From NCBI GenBank assembly GCA_904063045.1, contig CAJFCJ010000019.1:558001-622000 (forward strand): 64,000 nucleotides of DNA. Direction: 5' to 3'. The DNA comes from Dimorphilus gyrociliatus. Taxonomy: Eukaryota > Animalia > Annelida. A program made the translations under genes and the position numbers. Within the stretch, counting starts at the first letter, position 1, and each line of letters opens with the position of its first letter. Shown here piece after piece: positions 11,929-25,800 of this stretch. The notes beneath the pieces are model-generated. The model did not search any database, was not told the DNA's origin, and was given only the letters and a program-made list of their open reading frames with translations.

Positions 11929-13838
11929 TACTATTTACTTTTGGTATTCAACTGACATTTTTCTGTTCATAATACGTTTCTCAGTGGGTTCGCTTTCCTC
12001 AATAGATTCAATACTCTTTATTCTCATTAGAGACTTGAATTTCACAATATCTTTTTATCTTTTGTTATGAAAACAAAGTTCTAGCTTGTTTCCTCTAAAG
12101 AACTATAGTCTGACTCCTTATTGTCCTTTCTTAATAGTCAAAAAAAACGATATACTCGTAAAGGTTCACTAGAGGGCGAAAATTTTGAACTTTTTTTTTT
12201 CATGGGAAAACGCCATCTATTGGAAATCGATTGCCAGTACAAATTACTCCCTAGTTAAATAAGTTATTAAATATATATTTCTTTTGCATAAACCCGACTA
12301 ATTGTAACAACTACATGTATAAAATTATTTTAAAAATTTTATAACATTTAATTACGAGATAGGAAGATCAATATTAACCATTTTATAAAAAGAGTAACAA
12401 CACCAATTAAAAGGACCGATTCCGCCATTAAATCGCAAAGAAAATGGACGCTTAGAGAATGGGCTTGCCAAAGTAAATAAATCTTTTCTTTTTATTCAAT
12501 ATTTATGTTATACATTTCTTCTCAGCTTAAAAAAGTATAATTTAATGACAAATTCAATCAAGTAAAGTATGAAAATAGTTGTTAGGTTAAAACATGTGAT
12601 ATATATTATTTATTAGTTCCCAGGGTTAATTATTAAATCAAAATGTGCCTATAATTCTACTTTTGCTAGTTGTTGATGATTGCAGTGAGCCGTATTATAG
12701 CAAATATTGTAAGTATTTTATAGTTTAATAACTTAGGTTATCAAAAAATGACGGAAGCTATATAAATAAAGATAATAGCTTTTAGTAAAGGAGACTTCAT
12801 GTGATTATTATAGTAATTCTTGCAATTTAGTACTTTATTAACAGTGTTTACATGCAATAATTACTTAAAAAGTAATAAAAAATGCCAAATTGAACAAAGA
12901 ATATACTGATTTTAATATAATCCTTGAACGAGTACCTAAAGTACTGAAACTTTTTTAAGCTGACTCTCTAGGAGAAAAACTCATTGCTTTTAGCTTCATC
13001 ACGTGACAAGTGCTGTTGATGATGATGGCGCGTGAATCGCAATTTTTCGATTAATTGAAGTTTAGAAGGGGTTTAAAGTAAGTTTTCAAAACTATTTTAC
13101 TTAGATATGACATTAAACAGTGGATTGGAGCTTGTGGAATGGACGTCGCGCGAATTTTGGACCTAAGTCATCAATAGGCCTCGATAACTAAGTCGTGGAA
13201 GATTCGTTATTGTGAAATATTGTTAAAAACGAAATCAAAATGGCTGGTATTCATCTAGTAGGCCAACAAAACTTCATCCGAACCTTTTATCTCGCGATAA
13301 ATTGCTGGAATTAGTCGAGTGTATACCATGCATGCGGTTTTCTACGCGGCGCCAGTTGTTTTAACAACGCGGCGATAAAACTTAAACGGACAAATGCGTC
13401 CAAGAGATATCTTTCAGACGGGTTGTATTGTCGAAAAGCGAGACGATAATCGAAAGTCTTTGGCGTTGTTTTTCATCTAACTATTCTCTGACGCGATCGT
13501 CGGTGTATACGCCGGTTATAAAACATCTGTGTCGAACTGCGTTTTGCCAATAAAAAGTGGAAACGCGTATTATTATGTAAAAGTCTGTCGCTTGCCCTGA
13601 GTACTTTGTATTAATATATAGGCAATAGCCGCCCAGTAGCACAACACGAAAATTTTGGCAATTGAAGAATGACGCTTGTTTCTATAGTTACTCCCCCATC
13701 ACGTGGTGGCGCAATCGATAGTTTTCTTCTGTTGCCGTAGAAACCAACCGCGCCCTGGTGCCGTTTGGCGCCGTTGCCTAGGCAATGAGGAGGTCGTCTT
13801 TGTTAACGTTTGCTTAAAAATGCTGCTTTTGCAGAGCG

Positions 13839-15026
13839 ATGACGAAACCAACTGGCCCGGACTGTAAACAAGAAGATGCGGCCGAAGGCCATGAAACGCC
13901 CGATAAACCGGAGGCAGAAAGTGATGCAGCAATGAGACGTCGACTAGTTGCATCTCTCTCAAACTCCTTTCCTGGTTCAGCCTTGACAAGAGCAATGAAA
14001 GGTGATGTTACGGACTTACTCGACGACACAACATCAGAAAGTTCTTCTTTGGCTGATGGACCATTATCAAAATCATGTTTCGCGCAGCTCAAAATGGTTG
14101 AGGATGTCGACGAGGAAGACGAGGAAGAAGAAGAAGAGGAAGAAGACGAAGGCGTTGACGAGGAATTAACCTCACTCTCCTGGCTACAGGATTCTGATTT
14201 ACTGCAAAAGACTCCTGCCGGTCAAACACTACTTATGAGTCCCCAAGTAGCTGCTGATACGAACCGCAAAGAACCCAGTGGTCGTCCCTTGGCGCAAGGC
14301 ATTCCTTACAATCCTAAGAAGCACATCAATACGAAACCGCCGTATTCTTTCAGCTGCCTCATTTTCATGGCAATAGAGGATCATCCGCAAAAGAGATTAC
14401 CTGTCAAGGACATCTACAATTGGATAGTAACGAACTTCCCTTATTTTGCTCACGCCCCGATCGGTTGGAAGAATTCCGTTCGACACAATTTGTCCTTGAA
14501 CAAGTGCTTTCGAAAAGTAGATAGGGTTAGAGGAGGTTCAGTCGGTAAGGGCTCCTTGTGGTGCATTGATCCCGAATATCGAGCGAATCTTTTGCAAGCG
14601 CTGCGAAAAACGCCCTACCATCCCTATCATCAGCTGCAGATGGTCTCTCCATCGTCCTTCAACCTGCATAATCAGTTGAAGAACGAACCGATTGACATAG
14701 ACGTCGCAAATACGTTATTATCGCTCAAATCGAACTTTCGCTCCCGTTCACCCTCGCCACCAGAATTTGGTTCAGAACGTGAACGAAAACAAACAAGAAG
14801 ACGCCGTCTGAAAGACGTTGTTATAACTGAAATCCCGAGCGAAGATCACTCTTATGCGACTCAGCATACTATGTCACCGGCTACGTCAATCGACGATCAG
14901 TACGATTTCGGACGTCGTACGAGTACTTCTTCTTCATGTACAATGGAAACTGATGATGAAGAACGCGTTAAAGAAGGTGCTGACGCCTTACTCCATCTGG
15001 CTGGACTAAAGCCGATATCTCCCTGA
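13839..15026 (+). CDS. FoxN2/3: Forkhead transcription factor FoxN2/3, coding region in one exon
   Basis: KPPYSFSCLIFMAIEDHPQKRLPVKDIYNWI..GWKNSVRHNLSLNKCFRKV..GKGSLWCIDPEYRANLLQAL; acidic run then ELTSLSWLQ; C-terminal EGADALLHLAG. Confidence 0.95.
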   Translation: MTKPTGPDCKQEDAAEGHETPDKPEAESDAAMRRRLVASLSNSFPGSALTRAMKGDVTDLLDDTTSESSSLADGPLSKSCFAQLKMVEDVDEEDEEEEEEEEDEGVDEELTSLSWLQDSDLLQKTPAGQTLLMSPQVAADTNRKEPSGRPLAQGIPYNPKKHINTKPPYSFSCLIFMAIEDHPQKRLPVKDIYNWIVTNFPYFAHAPIGWKNSVRHNLSLNKCFRKVDRVRGGSVGKGSLWCIDPEYRANLLQALRKTPYHPYHQLQMVSPSSFNLHNQLKNEPIDIDVANTLLSLKSNFRSRSPSPPEFGSERERKQTRRRRLKDVVITEIPSEDHSYATQHTMSPATSIDDQYDFGRRTSTSSSCTMETDDEERVKEGADALLHLAGLKPISP

Positions 15027-16762
15027 ATCAAGTAGTGCTTGCAGAAATGTTTTCTTCCTTGTCTTCCACTGTGTTCATAGTGCTTGTAAGTGTATATAAG
15101 AAGGCGTTCAAGCTGTTCATTTGCTCCTCAACCATTGCTGTGTTCATCTTGTTAGCCTCCTCAGCATTTAGCCAAACAAATATTTCAGGCTTGAGCATTT
15201 ATATATAGACATAAGTTTAACTTTTAGATTACCCTATGTGTTTACATCTACATATGCCTTGTACGAAAAAAAACGTGCTAACTTTACAGTGACGTTCAAT
15301 ATTCTTTTTTTTGTTTTCTTTTTTTTTATATCTAGAAGATAATATCCTGAACCTTTTTTTCTAACTTCTAGATGTATTGTATAGCTCTTACTGGGTGAAT
15401 GGTAATAAATATACGCTTTAGTTTAGTATGAATTGTTTTTTTTTTTTTGGAAAAATTCGTTCAATTGTTAACCAACGTTCATCTGCATTATTTCGTATTT
15501 CTCGAAAGAAAAAATAAACCTTTAGCTTATTATTTTGCACTCGCTTTCGCTTTGCTCTGCTTAGCTTTTTTTTAATACAGTATTTTCTAATGTTTAATCT
15601 GATTACTATTGGCGGTCTGCGCTGTGTTGCAAATTAGAAGAAGCGATCTTTTTCCTATTGAAAATTTTTACGTCTAGTTTGATTCAGTCTGGCATTGCCA
15701 TGTAACAGGTGGGGAGAGAAATAGATTCATAATATAGGCTTAAATGCTGAAACGGTAAAGCATAAATATTTTCCTAACACCCTTCCTCCACATACGATTT
15801 TTTCAGCGATTATACAAATAGCCAACGAATAATCGTCGCTAGAAATAGTCACTTCCCGTTGTTATGAACGTCAGATCGACTTTCGTTTAACATAGATTTA
15901 TAGCATAAACCATTATTAAATCTCTGAGGAAAGTGAGTTTGCATTCGTTGTGCCCATGAAAATTTGACCAAACACGACTGACTGCATCAATAAACATAGA
16001 CCCCGATATTTTCGAAAAAATAACACCCAGCGACACCTACCACCTCAATAATATCAATGGGTACATTCTGAAAGAAGAATGAATTTGAAAAGGAACTACA
16101 CTAGGTAAATGCAATTGAAAATTCATCTCAATATCCCACTTACAAAAGACATTCTTAGGCCGAAATAATTGCAACAATACCACAGTCTACGTGTACTTTA
16201 AAAAAAAACAACATATTATTGAGTCTTTTAAGATTTAACGAACTAGTGCTAAATTAAGGACAATGGTAAGTATTAAAACTTGGTGAAAAATAGCACTGTC
16301 TTCCAGTTCACTGATTTATTGGTGTTTCCAATCAGCGGTAATTGTATATTTTCTTTATTGACTAAACTTTCCTAAGACATAACATAATCAAACAGGAATC
16401 AATTTGCATATTAGCAGTTTAGAACCTTACTTAGCGAAACAATTAGATTAAGTGATGTAAGAAAAAACTATTCATACTATATAATGATTACGAATACCTG
16501 CTTCCTAACTAAATTTATTATATCTCAACTGCTTGTATGTTTTCGACGAAATTACGCCTTTCATATTTGATAACAGAAATATATTATTACATCGTAATAG
16601 AAATTTCGACAGGCTATTGTTATTTCAATTATAGGCTGATACTTCCTGGCCTGTACATAATAAGTGCATGTTTGTCATATACCATGTCGTGTAGATGCAC
16701 GATCTTGTGTACTTTTTTTTACATATGAATTAGATTCGTCCATTCAATTGGTGATATCAGTT

Positions 16763-16788
16763 GAGAGAGAGAGAGAGAGAGAGAGAGA
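16763..16788. repeat. (GA)n microsatellite
   Basis: Read directly. Confidence 0.95.
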
Positions 16789-16871
16789 ACTGTAAGGACC
16801 TATATGTTGTAAAAGGATTTTATAAGCTTCTGAACAGCAATCACGCTACTTTTTGCAGATAAAGCAGGAAA

Positions 16872-19800
16872 ATGTTTAAAAATGAAAGTTGCCAAGCTCA
16901 CATTTCAACTGAGGATACGCAACGAAACGGTTAGTTCATTTAGATAGACAATAATATGTAAACTATATATATTGTTATACATTTGTATCAATTTCCATAT
17001 CTTAATTATATTTATATCTAACACATTACTCTAATTATGAATAGTGCACTAGTATTATCCTACTTATTAAATGTTAAATTCGTTTCTCAATGCTCTTTAT
17101 ATATTAATGTAGATTTAATACAATCGGAATTATATCGTTTGGATTATGATACGTTGAAAATTGATCTATGCGAGTCAAAAGCCTGGTTAAAAGAGTATTT
17201 AGCGTGTGCCGAGTGTTTATGGCAAACTTTGAACGTTTGTGATAAAGATCAGAGATATATTCATCTAAAGGAAGTGCATGTAAGTATTTTAGTTTCGTTA
17301 TGTCAACAATCTGTCAGTGTAGTTCCTTCGCTTTTATTTGAGTCTTTTTTTTTTGATTATCTAAAACGTCAAACTCAAACGGTGCACAATATGGAAAAGC
17401 GCCATCTATCGATTTGTTATACAAATGATGGTGATTGGCTGATGCAACTGGGGATTACCTAATCTATTTTGGGGTTGCCATTCGCCATTCGTTCGACGTT
17501 CTTAGTCATAGCTGGCGGGATCGTTAAACTTTTTCGTTTTTTACTACTTTCGACCCCTATTTGTAGGGATTTTTAAACCAGGTTAATTCTTAAATATATT
17601 TTATGTTATTTAAATCAAATTTTAAACGTGAATGATGTGTTTTGCAAAATATCGAACCGTTTTTTGTGGGCAGCACGTTGAGCGCCTTCATTTTGTTAAA
17701 CGTTCTGTTCTCAAGTCTCCCTAGACTTATTAAGAACTAAAACGACCCCCGCACAGTATACTAAATATTGTTGCCTTGCTTGTTCGTAACCTGAGAAAGT
17801 TCTGCTGCATTCAATTGATTGTGAGAGTGGGAGCAAGAAGTAATAGATGACTAATGGATCCAAATAGAAAGACGTCTATGAGTCTCTATAGAAACCCTTG
17901 GAAAAATCACATTAAGTCGCAAAAATGATGGGATTCATAAATGGAAATCTAGACAATTTAATCGTCTTTGTTGACCATCTTCATTGCCCATCTAGACAAC
18001 ATAAACTAAAACTTCGTTGAATGTGATGCCCTTGCCGATTAACACCACTACATACGAATCAGCGGAAAAACAGATGCCCCAAATAAACAACAGATACATG
18101 TTCTTTCTTCGCCTTTAAGCTGAAGAGTATTCGCGATCACGCAAATATACGTGCTAAAGTTTGGTTATTGTAGGCGAAGTCATTGTGATGTCAGTCAAAA
18201 TAAGTGATTGATATATGCAATCGATCAGTAAATTACATTATATATTGATTTTGGTTTGAAAAAATCTTATTCCAAAAGTCGGTTGAATTTTGTTATTACT
18301 TGCTCTTATCAGTATGACTGACATACATCTGTATATATACATATATATATATGTATTGAGTATGATATGAGTACGATAGTTAATAGCTTTTGAATGTAAT
18401 TCTTTGTGTGACGCCTTTCCCTTAGGCGTGTCGTATATTCGAGCGCTTCTAATGATTAATGAATACGTTGTTTTCAACGTCATTATATGTATAAATTCAA
18501 TACTCCCGCTGAGTGTCATGCTTAGTTTGTTTTTTTCCAGGATCTTAAAGCACATGTAGAAAGACGACGCCCTGCGCTTGAAGAAACTTTGCAAGTGTGT
18601 AAAGAATTTGTCTCACAGTATTCATCCGGAGTCGTCTTTCTAGACATTGATTTAGATTTGAGCGACGTTCAATATGTTTGGGACGTACTTCAGCACCGAC
18701 TGACCGAACTAAATTGGTACTTTTCGATCGAAACCGACCTTGATCTTGCCCCTCCTGCCTTTAAAGATCTTCCTTTTCGCCAGCAACTGTCTGAAAGTCA
18801 GTGCACTTCTTGCCCAAGGTGAGAATCTATAGAAAAGAAAAGTTTGCTTAGGGCTTATATTGTATTCATTCTTTTAGCTGTGATTTAGAGGAAACCGTTA
18901 CTATGGACACAATGGATTCTAACGTTATCAAACCTAAAGCATTCGATTTAGTAGTGGATTCTTTCGGTCTTTCCCCACCGAAGAAAAGACGTATTGGGAA
19001 AGAAAACACGGATGTTGACTCATCTCCTGCTACGAGTTTAGCGTCAATACCATCTATAGCAGATGAAGAGGCTGACTTTGTGACAAACTTAAATTCCACA
19101 CTAATAACTCCCGTGAATGGGGTTATCTCACCCCAGAAAGTAGATGAATTATGGAATGCAATAAAGTCCGATTACGAATATTTAATGGACGATGATGCTA
19201 TTGAAGCTTCTTGCAAGGTAGGCATTGACATACTATATTTATTCAATCGAACCTAAATGATTTATTCAAGCATTTAAAAACATTTGCTTGAGGCCACTGG
19301 TAGAAAATGAATTCATGTATTATCGGCATGTTTGCACTGAACCGCATCGATTCTATATGAACTGTGTGCACTATGCATCTGGTAATACGTCAACTCCTCC
19401 TCAACACCATTCCCCCATAACAGCTGTTACAAACAAACTATTGTTTTACTTATACGATAATCGATTATGTTATTGTTAAATACTCACGATGAAACAAGTT
19501 TTTATTTAGTTTATGTACACATAGTAGTAATCTTTAAATCTTTACGATTTGTCCCATGATTGTATGCTCAGAATGACTCATTGCGTTTATTGCGGTTTGT
19601 CTTAACCCGACACCAGAACGTGGCCGGTCAGGACAAAAGAATGCTGAATATTTGAGCGTTACTATTAACAGTGGCTCAGTATTGATGAATTAATGTGGCG
19701 TGTACAGAGGAGTAATTATAGGTATTTTCCCAGGCATAATTTTTTCCTAGTTAAATGTTAGAAGGGTTCTCCTAAGTAGATTATAAGTGGAAAATGGCGT

Positions 19801-22800
19801 CAATCAATAATTGTAAACTGTGCATGCACATGTAATTATTTATACATTCAAAATGATTTACTTTTTTAAAGTTAATTATTATACAAGTTTCATTCATAAT
19901 CGAAGCCTTATTGATTATAGTGGCACCTGCTTAAAGCTTTGAATAAGCAAATTTTGTTTATTTATTCTACCAGACAAACTTCGTTGAAATTGACAATGAA
20001 TAGTTCACTGTAATGCATTTGTAAACAACGAGTCTGTTTGTATGGCGCATATAAACGGTATTTATGCGGTAGGAGGGTGTCATGGGCAGGTCAAACTACC
20101 TGTGGGAAACGTGAAAACGTGATATGTTCATTATCAACTTGTGTCTACTTTACTAAATTTTATACGCTACCTTTTAGTAGTAACTTAAAACTTCCTTAAC
20201 AAATATGTTCAAAATAATTGATAATTCAGACAATCTCATCGTTTACTTTCCCTTTTTATCTTATTTCCGTAAAAGTTTTGAATTACTCTACATTAAACTG
20301 CAAAGTAAAAAACGTAACAAAAGGAATTTCTTTTTCAGTCTACAGAAAGTGAAGTCTCTGAAAGTGAATCTGATTCTTTCGCAGAAGTTTCATTGACAGA
20401 ATTTCTGAAACAATACAAGGAGCTAACTGACTGGTTAACAAATGTCCGAATGCAAACTGATAAGAAATGCCAACGTCGATCGTCTTGCTGTGAAAAATTT
20501 GTTTTCGAAGTAAGTTTTTTAGTTCTTTTAAGAGTGTTTGCAATTAACCAGTTGTAGTACATAAATAATTTTGCGGAACTTCGTAAATAATTTCTCTTTG
20601 AAACACCGTAGTCAATTGTATTAAATTGATTAGCTCAACCGAAGCGTTACAAAGGCTACGATGACGATTACGCATAATCGATCGTATATGATATTTAATT
20701 TAGGATCATAACTATTTGTTTATTCTAAGCTTACCCTTGTATTTTTTCTGTCTGATCTTGGGCTAGGTCGATATCAGAACAAATTCCACTTGAGGGCGCA
20801 AGTGATAAAAATTTGTACTATCAAGCGTTACAATATTGAACTAAGTTTTGATTAAATATTACGTAAGAATGGCCAAGCCTTAGATCTTTTATGATTTCTA
20901 ATTGCAGTTAGATGTAGGGTTTCGTTTATTATATATTGATTGTCCAGCCCATAGATTTTATAATAGATATAAGTTGAAATGAGGGTTATACATTTATCTG
21001 TTAAATATTTTTAATGAATCAAAATAAAATCTGTTAATGAAATAATATTAAAATCTAGGGTTATTATGATGAAATGGTGAAACATTCTCCTCGTCACAAA
21101 TTACTGAAAGATTACGCTAGACAATTAATAAAGAGATATCCCGCCATAAAGGAGCAAGTAAATGGTAAATTAGCTCATTTGAACTCATTATGGGCTCAGC
21201 TAGAGGGAACTATAGGGCCACCGGATGTGCAGCAAGCCTCTCTGGATGCTATGATTGATGGTAAGTCTAGTGCTGTAACTATTAAGGATATTAATATTTA
21301 TATTATTAACTTCTCTAGCTCTAAAACAAGACGTAATTTTACTAAAAAAATGGTTGCATAAAGTGGAAAATAGTTTATACGAATGTCGATTAGATCCAAA
21401 ATGGGATAAAACTGAAATTCAACGCCAGATGGCGCTTCATCAAGTAAGTAAAAAGTTTGTCTTTCGTAGTAGTGCTACCATCTACTGGGGTGATGACTAG
21501 TTTCTACCTACAAATTAGTGGCCGTTGTGTACAGGATATATTACTCAGAAATAAGTAATTTTATCGATATCTCTTCGAAGTGATGTAATATTACTCTCTT
21601 ATTTTCTGCACTCAAGGATTTTATAGATTCGAAATTGACACAAGGTATTGACTATTTGAGAAGCTTTACTATCTAAACATAGTCTGTACTATTTTTCATT
21701 GTCGTGGACAAGAATATCCAATTTTTATCTACGTGTATTGAATATTTAGCTAATATTCCAAAGAAAAGTAAATCAACTTATCAAATAATTTCTAAGGAAA
21801 AACAATTGTATTGTTAATTATATACAGAAGCTTTTAATTTACGAGGGTAGAATAATAATTAGCTTTAAGCGGTTATCATTTTCTCACTAAATGAGGAATA
21901 TATCTGAGCACGTAGTGTTAGCTAATTAATTTGTCAGTATTTGCCGTCATTATTCAGCCAAAATAGTGTATTTATTGATTTTTCCCGTCAGTCACACTCT
22001 CGTAGATTTACCAAATTGACAGCTATAACATAAATAATTCACATATAAGTTAAATCAATTTTTGGAAAAAAATATTTACAATATACTGAACGCTGTCTTG
22101 AAGCTTTTAATAGTCGTTCATTTAACGTTTCATCATAACCGTAAAAAGCGATCAATGAATGATATGACTAGGTGGCGCTCAAGCAGTCGTCTCGTGGTAG
22201 TCACTGGCGCACAGCTAGACAATCAAACAGTGGCCGCTGTCAAATACGAGCTCTGTCTAACATAACTTGCAATTTAATTTATAATAGGTAGGTTGGATCC
22301 TTTTCTTACTCTGTTACCTACTCGTATTTTGAATATGGATTATAAAAAACGCTGTATAGGATTGATATCTATTATGCGAGCGCATCATGTCAGGTTGTAT
22401 GCACCTATAATTGTTTAAATATGCTTACATTATAGACCTACGTGCTGAACGATAATTCTAATTTTGCATGTCAAAAGAATAAACTTATCAATAGTAAAGC
22501 TTATGTAGTCACGTACCGTTTCCTTATCGACATAATAGGCGTTTCTTTAGTTACATCCTCAAGAAATATATAGATATATATATCTAGTTCAGAATTGTCT
22601 TATATTTTTGTAAGGTTTCATAGTCGAGCTAAATATGGTAGCGAACTTCTATCTTTTGCTGCAGGCTGTTAGCCACCCAATTTTCTCGCCGTATTGATAA
22701 TGTGTACACTAAATGCTGTATCATAAGATACGAATTGTTAGCGTATTCCGAGGGTGGAATAAGAATACTAAAACCGATAAAAGCACGTAAAACGATCGTC

Positions 22801-25800
22801 TACAAGCTTTCTAAAGTTAGTGGACACTGTCCTGTGAAATATTTATTACGCGAGATTTTTCAGCGTTTTCTTTTAGCTTTTTTATTTATTTATGATAATT
22901 TAATTGTATTAGTTTATGATAACAATTTTGTCCTACTTATTGACTGAATAAAGCACCAGAGTAAAGAAAACATTATGAGCATATATACAACTCTCTCAAA
23001 TTGTTAATTTTGTAAAGAAGGCGATGACTGGTCATTTGCACTTCTGAATATACGCTCAATAACTTTTGTTTTCGAAAGGTCAGGGTGCTTGAGGTTAAGA
23101 CGAAGTAGGTGAAGAGTAAATCCCAAATGATAATTATTTGCAAGCATGTTCATGCATTTATAGCAGTTGCAAACCGTATTATGTATCTGATACGGTTCAT
23201 ACATCATATATAATATAATTTGTTCAGACAAACAAACAATGGAACTTGTCTTGTCCTTTAGAGTGATAATTAGAAAATGATAAATAACGTTTAGGAAACT
23301 TAATTAAGCGAAGTGATCTGGCAAGTTTTCTTTGATGTAACTAAATTTAATTCATAAATATATATAATTCACCATTTCACGCCAAACAAGTGTTTCGTAA
23401 AGAGATTTAATGACTGATGCATCACTTTATATCGTGCTGTTTCTACGGCCATAATTTTCGGTAATATGACCCCGCATCGTTTATAGATGAAGCACATTAT
23501 TATACTTTTCTCTTAATAGAGTATGTAGACTTGACATATTTTTTATACTTTTGGCTTTTTTCAGACACTTCAAAAAGAAATAGAATCACAATCCAGTGTT
23601 ATAAGAGCGGTAGATAAATTGTGTAATCGACTGCAACCTCTTTTACCACCAGACGAACAAGGAAATTTTCAAGACGTGGTGGGTAGTTTAGAAAAACGTT
23701 GGCACGAAGTTTGGCTAGCTTCATTAGAGTGGCAATTCCGGTTAGAAGACGCCCTTTCTCCAACAACACGTCATCCTGTTTTTCCGATCGAGGTATATTT
23801 AACTTTATTACTCTATAATAGTTGCTTTTACGAATTTGAGCAAACATGACTTTGAGTTAAGACGTAGTTGATATAAACGATAACCATTTGCGAACGTGGT
23901 AAATTGTTGTATTAAGCGCTAAGCTAGCGTCCCTGATGCTCGTCTTTGTCAGGCTCTCGTGCATCCCTAATTATGAAATAAATAAGTAGCGCCCCTGCAG
24001 AGACGTTCTCGAATTATTAGTGATTTGTCTTGTATTTCTGATTCGTGCACGCTCGAGATTAATCGATAGGCCTAAACTCAAATAAAAAAGTTTGAAGTTT
24101 GACACGTTCTAGCTAACGCAGATGTTTCCATATCAACTTCAAGTGAACGGTCTAAATGTGTGCCTGAATGCTATACTAACGATTTCTTTGTTTAAAGCTT
24201 AAAATTTAGCTAGTATTTTTCCAATCGATGTAGTTTTTAAGCGTTGAAAGAGTAACTTTTTTACGTGAATTCATATGCTTTGTTCAATTCTGGCAAGTAT
24301 TGTCTTAGTCGTAAATCGTTCAAGGAAACTCATTCAGCGTTTACTTTTGTTTGAACAAAAAGACGTCCATCACCTTTTGCTTGCAGTTGTGTTTGAACAA
24401 ACATTGTTTAGCTGTGTTAGTCTTACGCTGTGTCAACGAACTATAAGCGTTTGTTCTTCAGAAAAATACGTACATTATTCTTATTCCTCTAAGTCTTATT
24501 TCAATAACTTTCTTGTAAGAACTTGTTTTTAGAGCTTTATTACATAAGTTGTGAAATTTCACGCAGTTCACGTCATATAAACTATAATTAGTGGAGAAAA
24601 AAGCTAATTATCCAAATTTGCTAAGAAAATTTTCCTTGTACTAAATTGGCTAGCACCACTCATACAAACATGCCATACAATTGTATGACAGAAGCTTCAA
24701 TATTCTATTAACAGTACAGAAATACGGCGACATTTGTAAAAAGCGGCATCAAAGAATTTTTCTTTGTTTGACTCTCGTACCAGACGTGCTTTCGTTTTTG
24801 TTTGTCAAGGTTAGTAAAAATGAAAAGAATGAAACCGGAAGAAATATGACGAATTTGAGCCCTCCTGGGAATTTACAATCCGGATTACTCTAAGGACTCG
24901 TTATTGAAATGCGCACCGCTTATCACTTCTTCCATCTGCTGGTCGATAATTGTTTTGTTTTTTCGAGTTCTTTGTGTGTATTGTAATTGCGCCCTCGTTT
25001 CTTGCTTGATGCTGATCTGAAAACCTTTGAAGTATTGATTCATTTCTTCCATACTCATCCTACTAATACCACCTCGAGTAGAATTTACACTGACTAACCT
25101 TAGGGTATAATTTTTTAATATTTCAACTTTATTGCTGTTATTGCCAGATTTATGTCTGATATTGACTTACCAAAGCGTGCCTCTCGTATGTGTGATATAT
25201 GAGTTGCGCTCGGGCGCATGTGTTTTGAGCGGTACACGCTTCACGCTATAGAAAAATTTCATTCACCATTGTAAGTAATTAAACTAAATATTCGTTGTCG
25301 GATCAGCTGGATTTGCTAAAATCTAGAGATGTGTTAATGACAACTAATGCATTCAATCCTTTTTACAGAGTCTGTCACGGTCCGCTTCCTCTGGTTTTTC
25401 TCGGGATTTAACAAATAGTAGCGACATAATACCGTTCTCTGAAGACGAATACGAAAAAATTGAAGGTGCAGATTCTGCTCTTGGAAGAAGTGTTTCTGAC
25501 CACTCTTTGCTAACTCCCGGAAAATTTATTCAATTTAAGAGGGAGAATATGAGAGCATCCTCAGCTCCTCCAGGATCGGAAGCACCTGACATAGGATATG
25601 CAAGTGATGCAAATAACGACGAACCTCCAGGTGCTCCTCAGACCTTTCGAATGAAAAAAAATCCCCCAGGAGGAATCTGGCGCCACTCAGTCACTTCAGC
25701 TTATGGAAGTGACGCTCAGGCAGAGAGTAGCGATGTGGAAGTTACGAAAAAAGTTGAACAATTAGTCAAATCCTCATCACATTCTTATTACACTTTAACG

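Noticed and set aside
13699-14092. Minus-strand ORFs overlapping FoxN2/3
   Set aside because: Antisense shadows of a GC-richer coding region; no recognisable domain
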